DNA of 64,000 nt from Rhizobiaceae bacterium (GCA_017644005.1 JAEPMJ010000004.1:238885-302884); one strand, 5' to 3'. Shown: positions 8,789 through 20,076, counted from the stretch's first letter. Numbers and translations: made by a program. Notes: generated by a model not told the origin, from the sequence alone.

Positions 8789-11368
8789 TCAGTCCTTGCT
8801 GCTTTTCGATTTGGCTTTGGGCTTGGCCTTTGCCTTGGCGCGCGCCGGCTTCTTGCCGCCTTTCGTGGCTTTGGCCGCGATCAGCTCCAATGCCTCCGGC
8901 ATGGTCACGGAGGCCGGATCCTTGCCCTTGGGCAGAGTTGCGTTGACCTTGCCCCAGTTCACATAGGGCCCGTAGCGGCCGTCGCGTACCGTGACCTTGC
9001 CGCCATCGGGATGATCGCCGAGTTCGGCAAGTGCGGCCGAGGTGCGGCCGCGGCCGCCGCCTTTAGCCTGCTTTTCGGCGATCACCGTCACGGCGCGGTT
9101 GAGGCCGATCGAAAACACGTCCTCGACGGTTTCCAGATTGGCGTAGGTTCCGTCGTGAAGCACGAACGGGCCGTAGCGGCCGATGCCGGCGGAGATCATC
9201 TTGCCGCTTTCAGGGTGCTTTCCCACATCGCGCGGCAGCGAGAGAAGCGCCAGCGCCTTCTCGTGGTTCATCTCCGCAACCGCCCAGCCTTTCGGGAGGC
9301 CGGCGCGTTTGGCTTCCTTGCCTTCACCGCGCTGAACATAAGGGCCGAAACGGCCGCTCTTCAGCACGATCTCCTCGCTGGTGTAGGGGTCGGTGCCCAG
9401 AACACGGTCGCCGCCATCATCGCCTGCGCCGTTGCCGCCGTTGGCATCGGCGCCAAGCTGGCGGGTATAGCCGCATTCGGGATAGTTGGAGCAGCCGACG
9501 AAGGCGCCGAACTTGCCGAGCTTGAGCGACAGATTTCCGGTTCCGCAGCGCGGGCAGATGCGCGGGTTGGAACCGTCTTCGCGCGGCGGGAAGACGAGCG
9601 GTGCGAGTTCCTCGTTAAGCGCGTCTAGAACCTCGGTTACCCGCAGATCCTTGATCTCGTCGATATGGCCGGAAAAATCGGTCCAGAAATCGCGCAGCAC
9701 GTCCTTCCAGGCAAGACGCCCGTCGGAAATCTCGTCGAGCTTCTGTTCGAGCGACGCCGTGAAGTCGTACTCGACATATTTCTCGAAGAAACTCTCCAGG
9801 AACGAGGTGACGAGCCGGCCCTTTGCCTGTGGAAAGAGGCGGCGCTTGTCGATCGTCACATAGTCGCGGTCTTCGAGCGTCTTGAGCGTCGCGGCGTAGG
9901 TGGAGGGGCGGCCGATGCCGAGCTCTTCCATCTTCTTGATAAGCGAGGCTTCGGTATAGCGCGGCGGCGGCTCGGTCTCGTGCTGGCTGGCAGTGACCTT
10001 TTCGCGGTCGAGCGTTTCGCCGTTACGGATTTCGGGCAAACGGCGCGCATCATCTTCTTCCGCGTCGTCGTCTTTCTGGTCGGTGTAGGCGGCGATGAAA
10101 CCGTCAAACCGGATGACCGAGCCCACCGCGCGCAGGCGCGCTCTGCCGCCGGGACCGGCCGCCTCGATCTCCGCGGTTGTGCGTTCGATCTCGGCCGGGT
10201 TCATCTGGCTGGCGATAGCGCGTTTCCAGATCATCTCGTAAAGGCGCGCCTGATCTGCATCGAGCATGGCGCGCATCTGATCCGGCGTGCGTGTGAAGTC
10301 GGTCGGTCGGATCGCCTCGTGAGCTTCCTGGGCGTTTTTAGCCTTGGTCGAATAGTGGCGCGGCTTCCCCGGCAGATAACGCTCGCCGAACTCATTCGAG
10401 ATCGCTGAACGGGCGGCGTCGATCGCTTCAGGCGCCATCTGGACGCCGTCGGTACGCATATAGGTGATGAGGCCGGCGGTCTCGCCGCCAATGTCGATGC
10501 CTTCGTAAAGCCGCTGGGCAACCTGCATGGTGCGGCTTGCGGCAAATCCCAGCCGCGACGATGCGGCCTGCTGCAGAGTGGATGTGGTGAAGGGTGGAGC
10601 CGGGTTGCGTCGGGTCGGCTTGGCTTCGACCGAATGCACATTGAATGCGGCGCCTTCCAGCATCGTCTTGATGCGGTCGGCTTCTTCTTTGCTCCCGATG
10701 TCGAGCTTCTGCAGCTTTTTGCCATCGAACTCGGTAAGGCGCGCCTCGAAGCTGTCGCCGCGCGGCGTCAGCAGCGTCGAGGAAAGGAGCCAGTACTCCT
10801 GTTTCACGAAGCGCTCGATCTCGGCCTCGCGGTCGCAGACAAGGCGCAGGGCAACAGACTGCACCCGGCCGGCGGAGCGTGCGCCGGGCAGCTTGCGCCA
10901 CAGCACCGGCGAGAGCGTGAAGCCGACGAGATAATCCAGCGCGCGGCGCGCCAGATAAGCGTCGACCAGCGGTACATCGATATCGCGCGGGTTGGCCATG
11001 GCGTCGAGCACGGCCGATTTGGTGATGGCGTTGAAGACGACCCGGCGGACGGGCTTGTCCTTCAGCGCCTTCTTCTGGCGCAGCACCTCAAGCACGTGCC
11101 AGGAGATCGCTTCACCTTCGCGATCCGGGTCGGTGGCGAGGATCAGGCCATCGGCGTCCTTAACCGCCCTGGTGATTTCCGACAGCCGTTTCGACGATGC
11201 GCTGTCGACCGACCAGGACATTGCGAAGTCCTCGTCGGGGCGTACGGATCCGTCCTTGGGCGGCAGGTCGCGCACATGGCCGAAGGAGGCCAGGACCTTG
11301 TAGTCCCGGCCGAGATATTTGTTGATCGTCTTGGCCTTGGCGGGCGATTCGACGACGACGATGTCCAT
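8789..11368 (-). CDS. topA: DNA topoisomerase I
   Basis: Toprim N-terminus MDIVVVESPAKAKTINKYLG, active-site region GLITYMRTDG, C-terminal zinc ribbon CPRCG...C and a Lys-rich tail. I set the start at ATG 11368 rather than the track start at 11389. Confidence 0.93.
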   Translation of the reverse strand: MDIVVVESPAKAKTINKYLGRDYKVLASFGHVRDLPPKDGSVRPDEDFAMSWSVDSASSKRLSEITRAVKDADGLILATDPDREGEAISWHVLEVLRQKKALKDKPVRRVVFNAITKSAVLDAMANPRDIDVPLVDAYLARRALDYLVGFTLSPVLWRKLPGARSAGRVQSVALRLVCDREAEIERFVKQEYWLLSSTLLTPRGDSFEARLTEFDGKKLQKLDIGSKEEADRIKTMLEGAAFNVHSVEAKPTRRNPAPPFTTSTLQQAASSRLGFAASRTMQVAQRLYEGIDIGGETAGLITYMRTDGVQMAPEAIDAARSAISNEFGERYLPGKPRHYSTKAKNAQEAHEAIRPTDFTRTPDQMRAMLDADQARLYEMIWKRAIASQMNPAEIERTTAEIEAAGPGGRARLRAVGSVIRFDGFIAAYTDQKDDDAEEDDARRLPEIRNGETLDREKVTASQHETEPPPRYTEASLIKKMEELGIGRPSTYAATLKTLEDRDYVTIDKRRLFPQAKGRLVTSFLESFFEKYVEYDFTASLEQKLDEISDGRLAWKDVLRDFWTDFSGHIDEIKDLRVTEVLDALNEELAPLVFPPREDGSNPRICPRCGTGNLSLKLGKFGAFVGCSNYPECGYTRQLGADANGGNGAGDDGGDRVLGTDPYTSEEIVLKSGRFGPYVQRGEGKEAKRAGLPKGWAVAEMNHEKALALLSLPRDVGKHPESGKMISAGIGRYGPFVLHDGTYANLETVEDVFSIGLNRAVTVIAEKQAKGGGRGRTSAALAELGDHPDGGKVTVRDGRYGPYVNWGKVNATLPKGKDPASVTMPEALELIAAKATKGGKKPARAKAKAKPKAKSKSSKD

Positions 11369-11654
11369 GCGTGGACCGTAACCCTTCACGCTCGGCTGTC
11401 GCCTTGGCGTAGCAGTTCAGTTGAAAACAGTGTCGTCACATGGCCGCGGTTTTGCGTCCGGTCAAGGGCAGATGCCAAAATTCCAGTTCAGCATGTATTC
11501 AACCAACGGTTTAGTTGATTCGGGTTGTTGCAATTTCTAGTCAATGCGGTAAGTTCTGATTTCATTGGGGCAAGTCATCGAAACCTGAACCGCGTTACGC
11601 TGCGAACAACAACAAGAACCGCTTGCGTTGCCGGGCCCGGAGCGCTTGCCAACA

Positions 11655-11861
11655 ATGCGTCAGCTTGCTGAAAACGCCAGGCGGACCGACAATCTGGATT
11701 ACATCCAATCAATGCTCGGTCAGTTGCGCCAGATGGCGGAGGCCGAGCGATGCGACATGCTCGCCTACCTCGTCGAAATGGCCTATGTCGAGGCGAGCGA
11801 TATTATCCGGGGTTCGCGGCCGACGCGTGTGAACCAGGGTTATCCGCTACAGAATAAGTGA
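11655..11861 (+). CDS. small conserved hypothetical protein (68 aa)
   Basis: MRQLAENARRTDNLDYIQSMLGQLRQMAEAERCDMLAYLVEMAYVEASDIIRG... The codon usage looks coding. It converges on dprA with a 15-bp overlap. Function unknown. Confidence 0.45.
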   Translation: MRQLAENARRTDNLDYIQSMLGQLRQMAEAERCDMLAYLVEMAYVEASDIIRGSRPTRVNQGYPLQNK

Positions 11862-12974
11862 TACCGACCCGCCCGCATGGCGCTCCAGCCGCCCAGCGAG
11901 GTCGAGTTCCAGTAGAATCATGAAAACCTGAGCGGGATGTGCGCCAGTGTGGCGGATCAATTCGTCGATTGTGACAGGCGAAGGGCCGAGAGCCTCCACG
12001 ACGCGGGCGCGATCATCGTCGTCGGGCGGTGGTGCCGCGTCGAAATCGGGCGGCTCCGAAAAGCTGTCGTCGCGCGGCCCGGGCACACCCGAAAGAGGCT
12101 CCAGTGCCTCCAGAACGTCATCCGCTCCCGTGGCAAGACTTGCACCGTCCTTGATCAGTTCGTTGGTGCCTGCAGCGCGCGGGTCGAGCGGCGAACCCGG
12201 TACGGCAAAGACCAGCCGACCGAAATCGCCCGCATAGCGCGCACTGATCAGGGAGCCGGAGCGCAGGGCTGCTTCAACGACGACGAGTGCCATTGAGACA
12301 CCGGCGATCAACCGGTTGCGGCGTGGAAAATCGCGCGCCCGCGGTTCCCAGCCGAATGGCATTTCCGATACCACTGCGCCACGTTCGCAGATCATCTCGA
12401 ACAGCTTCAGATTTTCGGGCGGATAGGGCTGATCGAGGCCACCGGCAAGCATTGCGACTGTACCTGTGTCGAGGCTTGCCTCGTGCGCGGCGGCGTCGAT
12501 GCCGCGTGCCATGCCGGACGCAACGGTATAACCGCGTTTGCCGAACGCCGACGCCAGATTGCGCGCAATCTTGATGCCGGAAAGCGATGCATTGCGCGCG
12601 CCCACGATCGAAATCGACGGCAGTTCCAGCATGGCGGACTGACCTTTGACTGCGAGCAGGGGAGGTGCGCCGCTTATCCGCCGCAGCAACGGCGGGTAGG
12701 AGGGTTCGCCCAGTGCAACGAAGCGAGCGCCGAAACTCTGCGCGCGGGCAAGTTCGTCTTCCGCTGCGCCGGCGGGGAAGGGTCGAACCGCCGTCCCGGC
12801 GCGGCCGCGACTGGCAAGTTCGGGCAATGCGCTCAACGCCGCTTCGGCTGAACCGAAGCGGTTGATCAGATCGCGGAATGTCTGCGGGCCGACATTTTCG
12901 GTCCGGATCAGCCGCAACCAGGCGATCCGCTGGCGGTCGGTCAGAAGCTGACCGCTGTCTGGGGGTGTGGTCAA
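11847..12974 (-). CDS. dprA: DNA-processing protein DprA
   Basis: 375 aa. DprA/Smf Rossmann core [12 protein letters not shown]...[13 protein letters not shown]...[10 protein letters not shown]. Confidence 0.88.
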   Translation of the reverse strand: MTTPPDSGQLLTDRQRIAWLRLIRTENVGPQTFRDLINRFGSAEAALSALPELASRGRAGTAVRPFPAGAAEDELARAQSFGARFVALGEPSYPPLLRRISGAPPLLAVKGQSAMLELPSISIVGARNASLSGIKIARNLASAFGKRGYTVASGMARGIDAAAHEASLDTGTVAMLAGGLDQPYPPENLKLFEMICERGAVVSEMPFGWEPRARDFPRRNRLIAGVSMALVVVEAALRSGSLISARYAGDFGRLVFAVPGSPLDPRAAGTNELIKDGASLATGADDVLEALEPLSGVPGPRDDSFSEPPDFDAAPPPDDDDRARVVEALGPSPVTIDELIRHTGAHPAQVFMILLELDLAGRLERHAGGSVSLIL

Positions 12975-13582
12975 CCGCTGGATCCGATCTTGGATTCACT
13001 GCCTGAAAGAAGGCGGCGGATGTTGGCCTGGTGTTTGACGATCAGAAGCAACGACATGAACGCCAGGCCGGCCGCAATGTCCGCCAGTCCGACATACCAT
13101 GTGGCGGCCGGCGTGATGACGGCGGCAAGAAGGGCGGCCAGCGAGGAGTATCGAAGGATGATGGCAGTGGCGAGCCACACGGCGGCGAACACAACAACAG
13201 GCACCCAAGCAGACAGAAGCGGCAGAAAGGCGATGCCGAGCAGCACGCCGATATAGGTGGCCACGCCCTTGCCACCCCTGAAGAGAAGCCAGACGGGAAA
13301 GAGATGACCCAGAAACGCCCCAAGACCCGCAATCAGGCCGAGTTCGATGCCGAAGGCGCTGGCGAAGACTACCGCGGCAGTGCCCTTCAGTGCGTCGAGC
13401 AGCAGGGTGGCCGCGGCCAGTCCCTTGTTGCCGGTCCTGAGCACATTGGTCGCGCCGATATTACCCGAGCCGATCTTGCGGACGTCGCCCAAACCGGCAG
13501 CGCGCGTCAGGACCAGCCCGAACGGAATCGAGCCGAGCAAATAGCCGAACAGCAGAGCCGCGAGTAGCGTCAAGGCAAACAA
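12971..13582 (-). CDS. plsY: glycerol-3-phosphate acyltransferase PlsY
   Basis: 203 aa from TTG 13582, preceded by GGAGG. Motifs [11 protein letters not shown]...[12 protein letters not shown]...FRGGKGVAT. The upstream 240 aa of track ORF 12971..14302 is an Arg/Pro-rich artefact overlapping the pyrC-like gene. Confidence 0.88.
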   Translation of the reverse strand: MFALTLLAALLFGYLLGSIPFGLVLTRAAGLGDVRKIGSGNIGATNVLRTGNKGLAAATLLLDALKGTAAVVFASAFGIELGLIAGLGAFLGHLFPVWLLFRGGKGVATYIGVLLGIAFLPLLSAWVPVVVFAAVWLATAIILRYSSLAALLAAVITPAATWYVGLADIAAGLAFMSLLLIVKHQANIRRLLSGSESKIGSSG

Positions 13583-13623
13583 GGTTTCCTCCAGTATGCG
13601 TGTCGCGCCCGGCGGAACGCGGG

Positions 13624-14910
13624 CTAGGCCTGGAAGACTGTGCGGCCCGCGACCATTGTTTGCAACACCTTGCCCTGCAATCGCGCCCCCTCGTAGCAGG
13701 TGTTCTTGGAACGCGAGCGGATGTCGGCTTCGCGAACGACCCAGGGAAAATCCAGATCGACAACCGCCAGATCGGCGGGAGCGCCCGGCGCCAAGGTGCC
13801 GCCGGGCAGGCCGAAGAGCCGCGCCGGCGCGGTGGACAGCGCATCGATGAGGCGCAGCAGCGGTACGTCGCCATTGTGGTGCAGACGAAGCGCCACGGCG
13901 AGCAGGGTCTCGAGCCCGATCGCGCCTGTGGCCGCATCGGCGAAAGGCAGACGTTTGGTGTCGACATCCTGCGGGTCGTGCGACGACGAGATGATATCGA
14001 CCGCCCCGCTGCGCAGCGCCTCGACCATGGCCAGCCGGTCTTCCTCGGTGCGCAGCGGTGGCGAGAGGCGGAAGAAAGTGCGGTATTCGCCGACATCGAT
14101 CTCGTTGAGCGCGAGGTGGTTGATCGAAACGCCGCCCGTAACCCTCGCGCCATCTGATTTTGCGCGGGCCACCACTTCGGCGGAGACCGCGGTCGACAGT
14201 TTGGCCGCGTGATAGGCGCCGCCGGTCAGGCGAGCGAGCCGAAGATCGCGCTCGAGCGGGATGATCTCGGCTTCGACCGGAATGCCGGTCAGGCCGAGCC
14301 AACTTGCATAAAGCCCCTCATTCATGACCCCCCCGCAAGAGAGGTCGGCATCCTGGGCTTCAAGCGCGAGCACAGCACCAAAATCACGTGCGTAGGTGAG
14401 GGCTCTGCGTACGACAAGGGGATTGGCAATCGTGTTGCGCCCCTCGGTGAAGGCGACCGCACCTGATTGGCGCAGAAGGCCGAATTCGGTCATTTCCTGA
14501 CCTGCGAGCCCCTTCGTTACCGCCGCCGACGGGTGAATGTTCACCACGGCCGTTTCGCGCGCGGTGCGCAGCACGAACTCGACCAGCGCCGGGTCGTCGA
14601 TAACCGGATGGGTGTCTGGCATCATGATGACCGACGTTACGCCGCCGGCCGCAGCGGCATGGCTGGCGGAGGCAATCGTCTCGCGATGCTCGGCACCGGG
14701 CTCGCCAATGAAAACGCGGCTATCAACCAGGCCGGGAATGATGAGATTGCCGGTACAGTCGATAATCTCGGCGCCGTCCGGCGCGCCCTGATTATGGGCT
14801 TTTGCGCCGGCTGCCTTTATTTTGCCGCCGGCCACAACGACCGCGCCATGTTCATCGAGCCCGCGAGAGGGGTCGATAATGCGGGCGTTGGTGAACAGGG
14901 TCGCCGTCAT
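13624..14910 (-). CDS. dihydroorotase-like protein, probably the non-catalytic PyrC' type
   Basis: 428-aa amidohydrolase fold, overlapping pyrB by 4 bp. The canonical DxHxHxRxPG metal site reads [11 protein letters not shown], so both His residues are lost. Confidence 0.8.
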   Translation of the reverse strand: MTATLFTNARIIDPSRGLDEHGAVVVAGGKIKAAGAKAHNQGAPDGAEIIDCTGNLIIPGLVDSRVFIGEPGAEHRETIASASHAAAAGGVTSVIMMPDTHPVIDDPALVEFVLRTARETAVVNIHPSAAVTKGLAGQEMTEFGLLRQSGAVAFTEGRNTIANPLVVRRALTYARDFGAVLALEAQDADLSCGGVMNEGLYASWLGLTGIPVEAEIIPLERDLRLARLTGGAYHAAKLSTAVSAEVVARAKSDGARVTGGVSINHLALNEIDVGEYRTFFRLSPPLRTEEDRLAMVEALRSGAVDIISSSHDPQDVDTKRLPFADAATGAIGLETLLAVALRLHHNGDVPLLRLIDALSTAPARLFGLPGGTLAPGAPADLAVVDLDFPWVVREADIRSRSKNTCYEGARLQGKVLQTMVAGRTVFQA

Positions 14911-15869
14911 TGCGCATCCCCCGCATTCCGGCGCGGATCGAGTAGCGCCTCCATTACCGCCATGCGCACCGCAACGCCCATCTCCACCTGTTCTTCGATG
15001 ACGCTTTGCGGGCCGTCGGCGATTTCGGACGCGATTTCGACACCACGGTTCATCGGTCCCGGATGCATGACAAGCGCGTTGTCCTTAGCTGCTTTCAGCT
15101 TGTCCGCGTCGAGGCCGTAATAGCGGAAATACTCTCTTATCGACGGCACGAAGGCACCCGACATGCGCTCGCGTTGAAGACGGAGCATCATGACGACGTC
15201 GGCGCCTTTCAGGCCCTCGGCCATCGACGTGAACGGCTGGACGCCCATGCGCTCGATGCCCGCCGGCATGAGCGTGGAAGGGCCCACGACGCGTACTCGC
15301 GCTCCGAGGGTGTTCAACAGAACGATGTTGGAGCGTGCCACCCGGGAATGCACAACGTCGCCGCAAATGGCGACCGTGAGCTTGCCGAGCGCACCGCGCG
15401 CCCGACGGATCGTCAGCGCGTCCAGAAGTGCCTGGGTGGGATGCTCATGTGCGCCGTCGCCGGCATTGATCACCGAACACCCGACCTTCTGGGCCAGCAA
15501 GGCGGCCGCTCCCGCCGACGCATGGCGGATTACAAGGATATCGGGCCGCATGGCATTCAGTGTCATTGCGGTGTCGATAAGGGTCTCGCCCTTTTTCACC
15601 GAGGACGAACCGACAGACATGTTCATGACGTCGGCGCCGAGCCGCTTGCCTGCCAGTTCGAACGACGACTGGGTGCGTGTCGAGGCTTCGTAAAACAGAT
15701 TGATCTGCGTACGGCCGCGCAAAGTAGCGGTCTTCTTTTCGGGCTGACGCGAAATCGCCACCGCGGCGTCCGCACGGTCGAGCAGAAGTTCGATGTCGGA
15801 GGGAGAAAGGCTCTGGATCCCCAGCAGATGCCGGTGTGGAAAAAGGGGGAACGTGTCGGCTGGTCTCAT
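14907..15869 (-). CDS. pyrB: aspartate carbamoyltransferase catalytic subunit
   Basis: 320 aa. Motifs [18 protein letters not shown] and [11 protein letters not shown]. Confidence 0.93.
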   Translation of the reverse strand: MRPADTFPLFPHRHLLGIQSLSPSDIELLLDRADAAVAISRQPEKKTATLRGRTQINLFYEASTRTQSSFELAGKRLGADVMNMSVGSSSVKKGETLIDTAMTLNAMRPDILVIRHASAGAAALLAQKVGCSVINAGDGAHEHPTQALLDALTIRRARGALGKLTVAICGDVVHSRVARSNIVLLNTLGARVRVVGPSTLMPAGIERMGVQPFTSMAEGLKGADVVMMLRLQRERMSGAFVPSIREYFRYYGLDADKLKAAKDNALVMHPGPMNRGVEIASEIADGPQSVIEEQVEMGVAVRMAVMEALLDPRRNAGDAQ

Positions 15870-16036
15870 CTCAAGCCGGTGCTATAGGGCGCAACCGGCT
15901 TTGCTGCAAGACGATGTGATGCGCCCAGAAACCTTTCCCCCGAATTCGGTTAAGGCGACGTCTGATACACGGCTATATATTTGACGCCAAATGCGGCACA
16001 GTCCGCCCACGGCACCGACCAGCGAGGTAATTCCGC

Positions 16037-17665
16037 TTGACGCACGACGTGTTCAACCAATCCCCGCCTATTGCCGGCACGAATGCGCTGCGCAGCGACC
16101 CTTTGCTGACGCAGCTGACGGAGGATTTTGCCGAGCCAACCCGCATGGAACTGGGGCAGCTGGGCCGATTCGTGCGATCAGCGGAAGCGCTTGACCTCGC
16201 GCGAATTGCGAACACTCAGACGCCGCGGCTCAAGACACATGACCAGCGCGGCAACCGGCTCGACCAGGTGGAGTTCCATCCGGCTTACCACGCGCTGATG
16301 CGGCGCTCGGTTTCCTTGGGGCTGCATTCGAGCGTTTGGGAAAACAGCAAGGCCGAGCAGGGCCGGCGGCATCAGGTGCGGGCGGCCCGCTACTATCTCA
16401 TGTCGCAGCTGGAGACAGGGCATCTGTGCCCGATCACCATGACGAATGCGTCGCTGGCGGCATTGATCGGCACGCCGGACCTGTTTCGCAAATGGGCACC
16501 GCTGGCCACATCGCGCAAATACGATCCCTCGCATGCCGCACCTTTCAAAAAAGCCGGGCTGACGCTCGGCATGGGCATGACCGAAAAGCAGGGCGGCACG
16601 GATGTGCGCGCCAACACCAGCACTGCCATGCCTGCCGGGGACGGCAGCTACCGGCTGACGGGCCACAAATGGTTCATGTCGGCGCCGATGTCGGACGCGT
16701 TTTTGATGCTGGCACAGCAGGAGGAGGGGCTTTCGTGCTTCTTGGTGCCGCGCATGCGCGAAGACGGCGCGCCGAATGGCCTCCATTTTCAGCGTCTCAA
16801 GGACAAGCTCGGCAATCGTTCAAATGCGTCGTCGGAAGTGGAGTTCGAGGGCGTGCATGCCGATCTGGTGGGGGAGGCCGGCAAGGGCATTCGGACGATC
16901 ATGGACATGGTTACGCTGACGCGCCTCGACTGCGCGCTGGGTTCGTCGGCCATCATGCGGGCGGGGCTTGCCGAGGCGGTCCACCATGCTCGGCACCGCC
17001 ACGCGTTCGGCACGGCACTCGTCGACCAGCCGCTCATGCAGCGGGTACTGGCCGACATGGCGCTCGATGTCGCCGGTGCAACCGCTCTCGCATTCCGGCT
17101 GGCGCGGGCGTTCGATGAGGCGGCAAATGATCGCGAGCAGGCGGCGTTCGTGCGCGTCATGACACCGGTGGTGAAATACTGGGTGTGCAAGACCGCGCCG
17201 GCGCTGCTTTATGAAGCAATGGAGTGCCTGGGCGGCAACGGTTACGTCGAAGAAGCGCCTTTGTCCCGCTATTATCGCGAGGTGCCGGTAAACGCGATCT
17301 GGGAAGGTTCGGGCAATGTGATGGCGCTCGACGTGTTGAGGGTGCTCGAGCGCGGCCCGCAACTGTTTGAAGACGTGATGGAAGCGATCGGGCGCGATCT
17401 CGGCACTGCCGGACGCGGGGCGATCGAGGTCATCAAGGCGGCGATCGGGGTGGCAGCGTCGGACGAGGGGTCGGCGCGTATTCTCACCGAGCAGCTGGCG
17501 CTTTCGGCAGCAGCAGCTGAACTGAGGCGCATGGGCGCAGGGCGGATAGCGGACGCTTTTGCGGAAACGCGCCTTGCCGGCCAGTGGCGCGGTACCTACG
17601 GCATGCTTGATGGCCGCCACGACGCCGGCGCGATTGTGGATACCCTCTATCCGGACGCAAGCTGA
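16037..17665 (+). CDS. acyl-CoA dehydrogenase family protein (AidB-like)
   Basis: 542 aa. The ACAD middle and C-terminal domains and the N-terminal extension are typical of AidB-type proteins. TTG start follows GAGGTAA. Confidence 0.8.
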   Translation: MTHDVFNQSPPIAGTNALRSDPLLTQLTEDFAEPTRMELGQLGRFVRSAEALDLARIANTQTPRLKTHDQRGNRLDQVEFHPAYHALMRRSVSLGLHSSVWENSKAEQGRRHQVRAARYYLMSQLETGHLCPITMTNASLAALIGTPDLFRKWAPLATSRKYDPSHAAPFKKAGLTLGMGMTEKQGGTDVRANTSTAMPAGDGSYRLTGHKWFMSAPMSDAFLMLAQQEEGLSCFLVPRMREDGAPNGLHFQRLKDKLGNRSNASSEVEFEGVHADLVGEAGKGIRTIMDMVTLTRLDCALGSSAIMRAGLAEAVHHARHRHAFGTALVDQPLMQRVLADMALDVAGATALAFRLARAFDEAANDREQAAFVRVMTPVVKYWVCKTAPALLYEAMECLGGNGYVEEAPLSRYYREVPVNAIWEGSGNVMALDVLRVLERGPQLFEDVMEAIGRDLGTAGRGAIEVIKAAIGVAASDEGSARILTEQLALSAAAAELRRMGAGRIADAFAETRLAGQWRGTYGMLDGRHDAGAIVDTLYPDAS

Positions 17666-18585
17666 GCGGCGAGGGAAAGCACGACTGGCATTGTAATGAA
17701 GGCAAATGCCGTCTGGAGTGTGGCCTCCGCGGCATAGAATTCGGCGTCACCGCCAAGCTGACGCGCCAGAATGTAGCCATTCATGGCTGTTGGCACGGAG
17801 CCGCACAGCGCCAGGTAGACGATCTGGTCGCCGCGAACGCCGAATGTCCATGCCAGTCCAACGAGCAGGGCCGGAAACACAAGCAGCTTCAGTACCAGCG
17901 GCAGCCACATGATGGCGCGGGGTTTCAATGCATCCATCGGGCGCAAGCCCGCGCCGATCGCAAGCAGGCCCATGCCGATCGCTGCGCTTCCGACCAGACG
18001 AACCGCTTCGCCGACGGGTTCGTACAGGCCATCGGGCAGGAAGCGCAGGAGAATTGCCAGCAGAACCGAGATGATCAGCGGATTTGTTGCCATCGCCCGT
18101 ATGGTGCGCCGCCAGTTCGGTTCGCCGGTCCCCAGCCGCACCAGAACCGCAACCGAAGACAGATTAAGCGGGATGATGATTGCCGCCATCGCAAGAGCGA
18201 CGACCGCGCTGGCCTCGGGCGGATACAGCTTTTGGGCAACGGCGAGGGCGATAAACCCGTTCCAGCGCATGGTCGTCTGGAATATCGACGTGTATTCAGG
18301 TCCGTTCGAGATGCCGGCGGCTTTGAAAAGCGGCCACAGGGCGGCTGAAAACAAGCACATCAGCGCGACGGCCAGGAGCAGCGCGCCCAACATGGCATCG
18401 AGCGCCAGATTGCTCAGATCCGCGTGCAGGATGGTCGTGAACAGCAGCGTCGGGTAGAGCACCCAGTAGGAGACGATCTCCATGCTTTCCCAGACGGGCC
18501 GATCCAGTTTCGGCACCTTGCTCAAAAGGTTGCCGACCACAATGAGAAGGAAGATCGGAAGGATGCTTTCGAAGATGGGGAGCAT
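17647..18585 (-). CDS. AEC (auxin efflux carrier) family transporter
   Basis: 312 aa with about 10 hydrophobic helices. The N-terminus MLPIFESILPIFLLIVVGNLL is typical of the family. Confidence 0.8.
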   Translation of the reverse strand: MLPIFESILPIFLLIVVGNLLSKVPKLDRPVWESMEIVSYWVLYPTLLFTTILHADLSNLALDAMLGALLLAVALMCLFSAALWPLFKAAGISNGPEYTSIFQTTMRWNGFIALAVAQKLYPPEASAVVALAMAAIIIPLNLSSVAVLVRLGTGEPNWRRTIRAMATNPLIISVLLAILLRFLPDGLYEPVGEAVRLVGSAAIGMGLLAIGAGLRPMDALKPRAIMWLPLVLKLLVFPALLVGLAWTFGVRGDQIVYLALCGSVPTAMNGYILARQLGGDAEFYAAEATLQTAFAFITMPVVLSLAAQLASG

Positions 18586-18749
18586 TGCGTCCGGCGTCCG
18601 GGTGATGTGTTTCCCGGCTTAGGCTCGCGCATCCGCCGTGTAAAGACAGTGCGCCTGTGGGTAACGCCGCGGCGGTTAACCTTAACAATTGGTTTCGATT
18701 GCAGCTGCCAGCGCATACCGCCAGTTTGCGGGCGAGGAGGCGGCAATTG

Positions 18750-19316
18750 ATGCATAAAGCAGTCAAGATCGCACTTTCGACGTGCTGGATCGCGGTATTC
18801 GGAACCCTGGCAATCATCGCCATGGTGGCCGCGACCGACGGCCTTGACGTGGCGCGCGCCGCTGTACCGTTCGCGGTGCCGCTGCTGGGCATCGAGCCGC
18901 TTGCGAGCGAACCGATGATGGGCGGGCTTTCGCTCGGGTCGGCTATCGTGACCTCGCTTTTCCTGTGGATGCTCTTGACCGCGCTCATCGGCGACGACGA
19001 CTGGTCGCGCGGCATCGACAATCCGAGCGAACTCGCCCATGGCGGTGCTTTCGGTATTGGCGGCGTGATCTTCCTTGCTACCGTGCTCGATGCATCTGTG
19101 CCGATCATGATCAGCTGCGGGTTGCTGGTGACCGCACTCGTGATCTCACTGCTGCTGTCGCGGATCGGTCCAGCGCCGAAACAGACGCTGGCGCCGCGGG
19201 AAGTGCGCGACCGGGCCATAGAGGCCGCGCATGTCTATTCCGTAGAGTTCAAGCAGCCGAGCGCCGAAATCGTTCATTTCCCGATGCGCGGTGAATTCGC
19301 GCGCGAGGGGCATTAA
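18750..19316 (+). CDS. hypothetical multi-TM membrane protein
   Basis: 188 aa from ATG 18750, preceded by GAGGAGG. It has four or five hydrophobic segments. Confidence 0.6.
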   Translation: MHKAVKIALSTCWIAVFGTLAIIAMVAATDGLDVARAAVPFAVPLLGIEPLASEPMMGGLSLGSAIVTSLFLWMLLTALIGDDDWSRGIDNPSELAHGGAFGIGGVIFLATVLDASVPIMISCGLLVTALVISLLLSRIGPAPKQTLAPREVRDRAIEAAHVYSVEFKQPSAEIVHFPMRGEFAREGH

Positions 19317-19645
19317 TGCGCTACATTCTGCTATTCTGGGCGACGCCGCTTGGTCTTTTATGGGGCTGGTTCTTCCTGTCCTATTACGACTGGAACTTCG
19401 GGTTGCTGTTTCTGAGCCGCGAATTCCACGACTTCGCGTTCCAGATATACGGCAACATGCTCGGCATCGAGCCGACGACCATTCCGGTTCTGGTCGCCAA
19501 GGCCTGCGTTCTGGACACCGCGATCATACTGGCGATTTTCGCCGTCCGCCGCAGGCGTCAGATCATCGCCTGGATTTCGGACAGGCGGCAGCGTTATTTC
19601 GGCCCGCTTGACGAGAGTATTCTCAACCGGTCGAGCGCGCCCTGA
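19316..19645 (+). CDS. small hypothetical membrane protein
   Basis: 109 aa: [29 protein letters not shown]... It is coupled to the upstream ORF by a TAATG overlap. Confidence 0.6.
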   Translation: MRYILLFWATPLGLLWGWFFLSYYDWNFGLLFLSREFHDFAFQIYGNMLGIEPTTIPVLVAKACVLDTAIILAIFAVRRRRQIIAWISDRRQRYFGPLDESILNRSSAP

Positions 19646-20076
19646 AGAATAAAGGCCGCGGCTTCGGCGTCGATGATCTCTGAGCGTCTGGCGCGCGACA
19701 TATCCATTCCGATCAGCGAGCGTTCCGCAGCAACTGTGGAAAGCCGCTCGTCCCACAAGACGATTGGCAGCGTCGTCAACGGCCCGAGATTGCGGGCGAA
19801 GGCGCGGCTTGCCTGGGCGCGGGGTCCCTCGGTACCGTCCATATTGACCGGCAGGCCGAGAACGACGGCAGCGACGTTTTCGCGCCCGAACATCTCAATC
19901 AACCGAGCCGCGTCGGCACCAAACTTCTTGCGGCGAATCACCACGCGGGGATGCGCCAGCGACAGGGCGCCGTCCGAGACCGCGACGCCGATGGTCTTGG
20001 TGCCGAGATCGAGCCCCGCGAGCCGCTGCCCGGGCTGCAAAAGGTCGGCGACCTGTTCGATTGATGTAACTGCCAT
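19594..20076 (-). CDS. ruvX: Holliday junction resolvase-like nuclease RuvX (YqgF)
   Basis: 160 aa. Motif [17 protein letters not shown] and a C-terminal [11 protein letters not shown]. Confidence 0.88.
   Translation of the reverse strand: MAVTSIEQVADLLQPGQRLAGLDLGTKTIGVAVSDGALSLAHPRVVIRRKKFGADAARLIEMFGRENVAAVVLGLPVNMDGTEGPRAQASRAFARNLGPLTTLPIVLWDERLSTVAAERSLIGMDMSRARRSEIIDAEAAAFILQGALDRLRILSSSGPK

Noticed and set aside
11486-11500. SOS-like motif GTTCAGCATGTATTC upstream of topA.
   Set aside because: The second half-site is ATTC rather than GTTC. One core mismatch with no supporting context is too weak to call.
11604-11619. GAAC...GAAC direct repeat in the topA/small-ORF spacer.
   Set aside because: The spacer is 8 nt, not the 7 nt required by the alphaproteobacterial LexA operator.
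13583-14302. N-terminal 240 aa of track ORF 12971..14302, which would make a 443-aa PlsY.
   Set aside because: The extension is Arg/Pro/Gly-rich, and it overlaps the dihydroorotase-like gene in another frame. A GGAGG-TTG start at 13582 gives a normal 203-aa PlsY.
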